From assembly GCA_046118255.1 (NCBI GenBank), contig JBJNIA010000006.1:1-49590 (forward strand): DNA of 49,590 nt, in the 5' to 3' direction. The translations under genes were made by a program, and so were the position numbers. The DNA comes from Sluysia triapertura. Taxonomy: Eukaryota. Numbering within the stretch: the first letter of the stretch is position 1; every line of letters begins with the position of its first letter. Positions 40,166 through 49,590 of the stretch are shown here, piece by piece. The notes beneath the pieces are model-generated. The model ran no database searches. It was not told where the DNA came from and saw only the letters and a list, made by a program, of their open reading frames with translations.

Positions 40166-43100
40166 ATAAGATTAAAAAGTGCATTTTATTGTAGAGAAAA
40201 ATTAGCCACATGATGAAATTGTGGTGGTCAACTTATTACCTTAACAAATTTTATTTTAAATACAATATACATTTTCATAAATTCATTAAAAACATTTTTT
40301 ACACAATCCCATGTCAATATAACTTTCAGCCCCAAGATCTACAACTCACATTTCTAAATTCACAATTTAATTCAATATAACTAAAATCATATCCTTTTCA
40401 ACACCACGCAACCTTGTAAAATTCGTCACAACCTTTTTTATATCTTATTTCTTTTTAAATCCACCAAAATCAACTTCCAATTTTCAAAACATTTCAAATA
40501 TACAACCTTATAACATATATAACACAATGACATTCAAAACCATCAAATTACATTAAAAATTCATCAAAAATATTTTATTCGACATTTCACAACAATCCAA
40601 CTACAACCACATTCGAAATTAACTACGAGACACTTTCAAATTAATTCGAATATTCTAAATGCATGATTCCTTATCATTTAAATCCTAACAGCTAAACATT
40701 ACTTTCTTTTAAAACTCCAATGTACATTTATCATTCATTCTAAACACTCACGTTATTTCACAATAACTTTCAATACCCAAGCTTATCTTCAGCTAAAAAC
40801 ATTATTTCATTTCAAAACACCAAGGTGTATTTTTATACCCGCATAAAACAATTATATTATTCCAACATACTTAACATTTAAAAGATTATTTTCACTTAAA
40901 GCTAGGAGACAGCACTTAAAATTACATTAAAATGTTGCAAGTATCTTCTGATAACATTAGTGTCACTAATACACCTTAAAATTTTATCATAAATACGTAA
41001 CATTAAATCAAAAGGAAGCTCATGTAATGTTTAGAATAAGGAATTTTTGCGTTTTTTAACATTGGTAATAATAATAATATTGTTATTATTATTATTATCA
41101 TTTTATTTATTCATTATTTTAAATGTTAATTTTTGTTTTACAATCAAATCAATAATTATTACCATCAATGTTGACATTGCTGATCACTATGTAAATTCTC
41201 ATCAACATTGATGGTGGCCCATCAATCATTCATTTTCTTTTAGTGTCACTACTGGTTGTCCAACCAGAATGATTTTGCTAATTACTTTTATATTTTTGGT
41301 TGGACACCAATCCACACAATTTTAACCATATGTGACAGAATAAAAAATTATAACATGATTAACAATAAAAGTTCAAAAAATTTATAATTCAATTGGAACC
41401 ACAAACCAAGAAAAAAAGTTAAAGCATCAACCAATTGAAGCATATAAGTCTATAAAAATTGTTAATTATATCAACGATTTTAACCATATAAAATAAAGTA
41501 TTTTGTACAATCATTTATCGTCGTATTACAATGAGATAAAATTTTCAAACTATCCTGTCTTTGAATCATTACATTATCAATCTTCTCTTATGATATACAT
41601 GTTCTCTAGGCAATGTTCTGCTCTTAATATATGTGGATTTTCAACTCAAATCGAACTTAATGTAATAAATTCATTCCTCAGTTTTTTAGAGCTAACTTCA
41701 ATTTCGGATATGTATAACAAGCAATACTTATCATCAAGAATTCAAAATTCAAGAGATTTTTCTTCACCATCAAAGTTGCTAAGAATTAATATTATAAAAA
41801 TTAATGAAATAATACCGAACATAAACATGAAATTTATTAAGTCACTGACATATCATATTTTTTAAGATGTTATATAAATTCCTAAATAACGTTGATGTAT
41901 TTTCGACTTCAAATGTTATTCAATGTACACAATCCTTAAATCAGTTTACAAAAGAAAGTGACATTTACATTAAAATGCTTAAGACGCATCGCATTTTTGC
42001 GGTTGAATTACGTTTAATGTCTAAAGAAGTCGATAAAATAGAATGGATTTGAATTAATAATTAGAGGATAATTCATACTTTATCCAGCAAATGTTCCTAT
42101 TTGTCTAAATGAAGGTGGTGTGTGCAAGGATTATGCTCAAGATGACAGATACAAAACCCTTAGCACAATTCCATTAGACCCTGATTCATCTGTTTTCAAA
42201 GGATCTCTTAGTGAATTTTCAATGGATTAATTTATTCAATAACTTCGTCTACGATCTGCGTTCTTTCAAGTCAGCAAAATCATGAATTATTCCAAACTGG
42301 ACAATGTCCATATGAATCAGATAGTCTCAGTCACTGCAGCAAACACCGATTATCCTGCAGATACTTCCATAATATTACTCAAATACGTTATACTGGAGCT
42401 TCAGCTAACATTTTTTACAAGCATGCAGAACGACTAAATGAGTTAATGTTGGACATTCGAAATATCAGTTATGTACACGATTCATCAATTAATAAAGCTA
42501 TGACACTTCAAATCAATATATTCAGTTCAATAATCTTAAAGACAATTTTGTGTTAAAATATTGAATATATTTTATATTCAATATTCATTTGATTGTTATA
42601 TTTTCAATTACAGAATCACACAGCCAGAGAAGATCAAATATATCCGAAATGTAGTAGTTCAATTCAACAACTTTCATAATTTTTCAAACTTTAGTATTAA
42701 CAATATTTTAGAGTTTAATGTTTTAAAAAATAAATTTTCATTCATTGATTCAGTTTGTTTTGCATATATAAACAATTGTAATCAGGATAATTTTAATTCT
42801 TTAAAAGTAATAAATTATGTCAAATTTCATAGCATAATCCATTTCAAAGGACGTAAACAAGCCCTAAAATACCTTAAGGCCACTAACGATTATAATAAGC
42901 AATGCAATTTAACTCTAAAGAAGTTATTATAGAATATAATCAAATAGATTTTTGGATATTTAAGGTATTTTTCACTGTAACAATAAAAATTTTGATTTAC
43001 AATCTACAAGATTTGGATTTATGCTATCAACTATTGGAGAATTGGAAGATGACTACTATTACTTATTGACAAATATTATTAACAAAAATTACTAAAATAT

Positions 43101-43520
43101 TGATCAAATACAATATCAGAATAGTTCTTTTTAAAGTTAATAAAATTTGATAAGTTTTTGGGAATATATTTTAATCAATCTAGTTCTTTTTCGTAATTCT
43201 TTGTTACTTAATTGGAACTGTGAAAAAAAGCTATAATGAAAAAGGAAAATTAGTTCTTATTTGTTTATCTCACATTACTTTAGTTATAACAATAAAATAT
43301 TGAATATTTTCAAAGTAATTCTTGTTGTTTTCTTTGTTTTTTATAATGAAAATAAAAACAATACCTTTTATTGTTATATACTTTTTATCATTACAATTGA
43401 TAAAGAAGTTCTAGTGTAAACAACCTTCATATTTCAATAAATAAATTTAATACTAAACAGCATTTCAAACATAATTTTAGTTTGTATTATTTAGCAGTTC
43501 AAAAAATTATTAAATAATGA

Positions 43521-43579
<59 letters not shown>

Positions 43580-44068
43580 CAATCATTTTAACGAATAAAA
43601 TATACTTTGACATTAAGTATGTTATTATGGATTTAAAAAAGGATATAAAATCACATTTTTAATAATTTTGAAGTACCACTTCAACATGATAATATGACAA
43701 CTTTGTCAAATGTAGTATAAGAATAACAAACAATTTTTTAATAACTACCACGAAGAGCTTTCAATATAACGGAAAAAATGAAAGAATTATTAATAGCACA
43801 ATAATAAAATTTCGCTTATTGCTTTATTTTATTGTATAACTTGTACAAAATTTGCGCATGTGCATTTTTGTGATTAATTTTATTCTATAATGTAGCTTTA
43901 GCTTCATAATTTATTTATTTTTGTATGTTTACGATCAATTTCTTAGTTGCTTTTCACCGCAGTTTGATCTGTAAATGTGACGAGTTCCCTCTACATTTAC
44001 TACATTTTTAATATTTATTTAGATTTCAATTTATTGCTTAGTATAGGTCTCACAATAAACAAATTAAT

Positions 44069-44128
<60 letters not shown>

Positions 44129-44654
44129 TGTGTATTATAGTATCATTAAGTACGAAAACAAAATACACATATGTATTCATGAAGACATAGTTCTATTCGG
44201 CACTAATAGAATAAATTTGTTTTTAGAAGTATCGTTATCTCTTTTTCTTCTTGAAAAGTTTGCAAAATATAGATCATTTAAATTCATTCTTAAACAATTT
44301 TCCACGCAGAAGTGGAAAAACAATTAGAAAGTTAAATGTAAAGGTTAATATACAAATGGTAATAAATTTTATAAATGTATTTGAACTTTATATTACATTA
44401 TAAAATGACTAACAATTAATGGACAACTGAGACGAGATGGTGATAAATGCTAAACAAATATTAATATTAAAAATATTAGTTATAGTACTAAAAGAAATAT
44501 AAACATAACGTAGTAAGACGAAAATAATAAATATAACTTAACAAATGTATTCAATTAATTTTTTTATTGAAATATTGAATTAAAATTAGAATTTACTAAA
44601 ATACTCTTAAAAAGCAAAATTAATAAAGTTAAAATTATAAACTTCATAATTAAT

Positions 44655-44899
44655 CAGTGGATCTCCGCATGACGTGGTGATATGTCACTATTGCGTTATA
44701 AGAATTGTAACTGAATACAAAGCGAACATAAACATACAAACATAGAACAATAATAATAATTTAATTATCAACGATGGATATCGAACTGACCGTGGATAAT
44801 AATAAAATTAAAAGTTTCTTTAATGCATTGTATGGGGTCAATTTGGCGTTATACGAGGTTTGTCGCAATTTTATCATCGCGTTATACGGGGATCCACTA
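44655..44899. mobile_element. Tigger/pogo-type MITE (245 bp)
   Basis: 28-bp imperfect TIRs CAGTGGATCTCCGCATGACGTGGTGATA / TAGTGGATCCCCGTATAACGCGATGATA (reverse complement), TA-rich right flank. Confidence 0.75.
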
Positions 44900-45998
44900 T
44901 ATATATATAGTAGTTAAACAAAGTTATTTGATATTGTCTCAGATTATTGATTAATTTAAAATCGACAGAAGATAATTAATTTCCTTGAGACTGTATTTTA
45001 TTATGTATTATACTTTTTGTGTTTAATGTATATTTTAAACCTTTCATTTACTTTTTAAATAAGTACTTGAATAATAGGGTTTTAAATAGTTAATTGATAA
45101 AAAACCTATGTTTAAATATAAATGAAAAACGACTAAAACTAATATAAACGCATAATATATTCTAATGTATAAATGAATTATAGCACGGCCAAACCTACAT
45201 TACAGAAGAAAATTAAATAATATATAGATGAAATTTTCAATATTATCATGATATTCGAATAATTCTGATATTGACTCTGGAAAGAAATTTGTCATATAAA
45301 TACATGGAGGAATCAACAGTATGAAAGTTAAATAATCGATTGATATTGGTAGAAAATACTGCGTAAAGCAGTTTCCTATATCAAGACACAGTTTACAAGA
45401 ATTATAAAGATAACGCTCTATGTAGAATAACGCAAAGTCATGCAATTAAATTGCACACTACGTTTTAACATATCTTGTTAATTTGTAATATTACAGTTAT
45501 ATATAATAAACCGTTCTTGATGATGATTATGANNNNNNNNNNNNNNNNNNNNNNNNNNNNNNNNNNNNNNNNNNNNNNNNNNNNNNNNNNNNNNNNNNNN
45601 NNNNNNNNNNNNNNNNNNNNNNNNNNNNNNNNNNNNNNNNNNNNNNNNNNNNNNNNNNNNNNNNNNNNNNNNNNNNNNNNNNNNNNNNNNNNTAAATTCT
45701 AATTAAAAAAATCGTAGCAAATACCCACAATCTCTTTAGTTATATTGTATATATATGCTAACATTTGCTTTGTTTTTTAATATCTTTGTATATTAAGCGT
45801 TTAATTTATCTTTTAGTATAAGAACTTATTTTAAATCTGTCTATATCATCAAAGACAAGTTCAGTACTAAGTATATACCGATTACATTAGCAGAATTTAT
45901 ACGAAATAAAAATAACCCATTAAATTTTTAAGTTAAACGTTCATAAAATTTACGATAATTCCGATAATCACAATGTAACTATAAAATAATGTAATAGT

Positions 45999-46051
<53 letters not shown>

Positions 46052-46075
46052 TAATAATAATAATAATAAATTTAC

Positions 46076-46284
46076 ATTTGAAAAATTTAAAGTAAATGTT
46101 GAATTTCCAACATGTGATTCAACCTTATCCATTGAATTTGATTCATCATCACTTTCTTCAGTATCATATTCATCATTTTCTACAATATTCAATTTATAAA
46201 TTGAACGCTCTAAAAAAGGTAAAATCATATCGGAATTGTTTTTCTGCAAATGCTTTGCAATTCGATCTTTGTAATGCGAATTCT
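46076..46284 (-). CDS. Probable orphan internal exon, product unknown
   Basis: Pyrimidine tract + AG at 46286-46285, open frame NSHYKDRIAKHLQK...ENDEYDTEESDDESNS...LNFSN, GT donor at 46075. Confidence 0.4.
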
Positions 46285-48399
46285 CTAAAAATGAAAAACT
46301 AATGAACAATTAAACAATTAAATATAACAAAATTAAAATTAAATTTATCTTTGATAATATTTTTAATAATTTCATAAGTGTGAGAATTAAACTGAAGTTA
46401 AAATAATACTAAAAGACCTTCGTAATTTCGGTAGATTCAAAAAATAACGTAAAATCTGAAAAATGTACATAATTTAAGAAAACAAAATAAAATTAAATGT
46501 AGAGAGCATGAAGTGAAATTCACCAACCTTCATTAGAAAATAAAGAAAATTACGGATTAAACGGAAGAACCATAAGAACGAAAAAATATGGTTTCACTAA
46601 AAAGAACAAGCGCAAACCAATACAAAACAACACAAAACTAATGAATAAATAACTAAATTATATTATAGGAAAAAATTAATTAATACAAAAAAATAGGGTT
46701 CATTATCACAAAATACTATAAAACGAAATTGTCTACAAGATTGAAATTAGCTATAGGAATGGTTGGTAATCAATGTCAAGGCTAAAGTTTGTGTAAAATG
46801 TTAAAGGCTACAAAAAAATTAACGAATAATAATAAATTTAAAAGTATTAAAAGTATTTTATAAATCTGAATAAAGATCATTTAGGGTTTTTGTTTTAAAA
46901 GTACACTAATTCACTACTAATAAAATTAGTTTTAAACACAGTCACGATTTGGCAGACAATATTTTAATAATAATTTTGAGACAAGAATTCCCATAATAGA
47001 ATTCAAAACGCTAGAGTTAGATAGAATAACTCGACAATAATTTAGACATGAAATTTTTGGTAGACAGCGAATAACCTTGACCTTAATCGGATATATTTTA
47101 CGCAACAGAATTCTAGGAAAATTATTTAAAATCAAAATTACTTTTGGTAACCGTTAGTTTTTTGTTAATAAGTTGTGGACGCACTTTACACAGCGTCATA
47201 AACTATAAATCAAAACTTGTCATAAACTTTTTAAAAAGCCATTTTAAACAAGTGGATAAAATATTTGTTTAAAGGAAACAACTTTTAAATCGCAAATTAT
47301 TACTTATTACAAATTCTTTTTAAATCTATAAATTGTATACCATTATTTGAAAATATTATTTTTCATTATTTTGTATACTATTAAACTGTATACTATTTAG
47401 TTTTTCATTATTGAAAAATTATCACGCATTTAAATACAATGACTTTGCAATTCTCATTTTAAATAGAGAGGTAACTTTTAGGGTATCATAAAACACTAAT
47501 TCAAATGTTATAAATTTTGAAGAAATTTAAACATTTAAATAATACAATATCACTGAAAAATATAATATAGAAATTTTTTCAGCAGAAAAAGAAAAATTTA
47601 GATATCGATAAGACATATACTTATGGATTTTACCCATTTTAAATCTGCTGGAAACAATTCATTAAAAATTAAAATTTGATTACTTGTTAACAATAAACGA
47701 TAAACTGTAAGTACAATAGCTAAAATTTGTTTAAAATTAATCCCTCTTATTATACACAATATTTAGAATGTATTTAATTTTATTCTACAAAATATACTCT
47801 GGAAGTTTTAACTTAATTTAATTTAAGATTTCCATTTTCAATACGTCAAAAATTAGAAAATTTACAACCAAACTACTGATTCGTACATTTATAACTAATA
47901 ATGTAGATTTTAATAACGGTATATTGAATTTATTTACAAAAATTTTTCAAATATGAAAAGTCTTAGAACAGTAGCAATAATAGCAATAGCAAATTCAAAA
48001 TCACTCTAATGTATAAATGCTTCTACGATGGAGATCCTGAATACATAACAATTTATATAACAAAATATAAGAATTTATACAGAATCCTAAACAATAAATT
48101 AAACAATATCCATACATTGTTCATGCTTCAGAAAATATACAATCAACAATTAATAAATGTTAAATCGTTGGAAAAATTAAAGATATAAAAATTAAAGACT
48201 ATTTCATATCCATCTCAAAAATACTAAATAACTTTAAGTAATTGAAAACCATTTCTTTGAAACATTGAACACAAATGACACATCCAAACTTTTAGAATTA
48301 TTAAGAATTATAAAAGAATTATAATTATTAGAATTATAAAAGAAAAATCCAATACACCGGAAATAGCTGACTACGTAATTCGATTTCTTCCTCATCTAT

Positions 48400-48640
48400 C
48401 ATTGAATAGTAACGCGTGGTCGACAATTTGAAAATGTAACATCCTGATAAAATTCTACATCCACAATTTCAGTTATATTTAATGATCAAATTCACTCTAT
48501 CAATGTTTCAAAGAATTCCACTATTAGTGCTTTGTAATGGGACTTAAAATTAATATATCAATCTAGATATAGTTTTATCCTTTTGTGGCAGACAACTTGC
48601 TGCAGCTCTTCAACATGTATTCAACATTCAAATGAAATAA
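48400..48640 (-). mobile_element. Possible pogo/Tigger DDE domain remnant
   Basis: INFKSHYKALIVEFF...LNIT...DVTFSNC resembles DDE_1 'II.NFK.hYr...TI.NCF'. Confidence 0.35.
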
Positions 48641-48769
48641 TCAGTTGACGATTAATCTTATTGTTATTTTTAATGTCGTCTATTATATGTTTGTTATGTA
48701 GCTTTATTTTTTATTATTTTAAGGTTATAATAATATTTAAGTTCAAATTTAGTTCTTAGAAATAAAAAT

Positions 48770-49122
48770 ATTTTTCTAATATTTTGAGCGTCTGATATTT
48801 GTTGTTTCATGAATGCTTATATCAATAAATGTTTAACAACTGTTTTTAAAGAAATTTTGTAACAGGTTCTTGGCATATTTTAAATAAAAATTTTTTATCT
48901 ACACAATTCTTTTTTTATTTGTAAAACTTTAAAATTATTCTTTAAACCATGACCAATAATTATTTTTTTTCTTGTATTATTTTATTAACAAAACTTATCA
49001 TTGATTTTTCATCGTACTGATTTAAATCTTTTTAGACATGTAATCCATGTACAATAATCAGTTACATATTCTCTAGGTGCAACTTTAACATTTATAATTA
49101 TTTGTCCATTTAAATCGATCAT
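48770..49122 (-). pseudogene. Decayed intronless DEDDh exonuclease (REX4/ISG20-like)
   Basis: IDLNGQIIINVKVAPREYVTDYCTWIT, then IIIGHGLKNNFKVLQI and SLKTVVKHLL in the expected order, broken by frameshifts and stops. Confidence 0.55.
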
Positions 49123-49518
49123 TTATTCACAATTAATTATGTCAATAATTAATTAAAATAAATATTATTCATAATTAATTGACATACAGATAAATTATCA
49201 TTACGCAAAGTACTTTGTTAGTTGAGAGTTTGACATCGAAAAAATAAATTAGGGAATAATAGAGATCAAGAATAGTACTGCACAATACTAACTAGAAATT
49301 TTTATAGTAAATAACTGATAGAAAATAACTAATATTTGACAAGAGTATACACATTAAAATATTAGACTTATATTAACGCGCATCTTAAAGAACTCAACAA
49401 AATAATTGGATTTGTTTTAGAGAAGCAACTCTAAACTAAGACATCAGTCAGCAGAATAAATACTGTATCAGTAAAGCTATACATTACAGACAATATTTAG
49501 TATACAATTTTACATTAA

Positions 49519-49519
<1 letters not shown>

Positions 49520-49590
<71 letters not shown>
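49520..49590. repeat. (ATT)n microsatellite; similar tracts at about 4818, 6793, 12398, 17287, 20893, 34983, 37530, 43523, 44070 and 46000
   Basis: Read directly from the sequence; several tracts abut N-gaps. Confidence 0.97.

Noticed and set aside
40300-41030. Strand-asymmetric CA-rich tract (also 12060-12330, 19700-19990)
   Set aside because: Probably very old LINE remnants, but no motif clear enough to support a call.

Overview
Very AT-rich eukaryotic (metazoan-type) scaffold with many N-gaps, (AAT)n microsatellites and decayed transposons; nothing looks prokaryotic. The first 15 kb carries three co-oriented minus-strand alpha-tubulin genes. (1) A canonical 451-aa gene with MREC, K40 and terminal EEY. 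(2) A highly divergent paralogue in which the GTPase-activating Glu254 is Gln, with a 67-aa hyper-acidic C-terminal tail; its 5' exon is not visible. (3) A 446-aa paralogue lacking K40 and the EEY/poly-Glu tail, which fills an intron of a plus-strand MATE/SLC47 transporter gene in antisense orientation (four MATE exons identified). The rest holds isolated exons (SKI2-like helicase, probable SLC16 transporter, one orphan), a decayed DEDDh exonuclease copy, a tRNA-Lys half, L2 LINE, Tigger/pogo, hAT and MULE remnants, and MITEs. All family calls come from motif recognition by eye, with no database search. The three tubulins are separated by 100-N gaps, so their physical clustering depends on the scaffolding.
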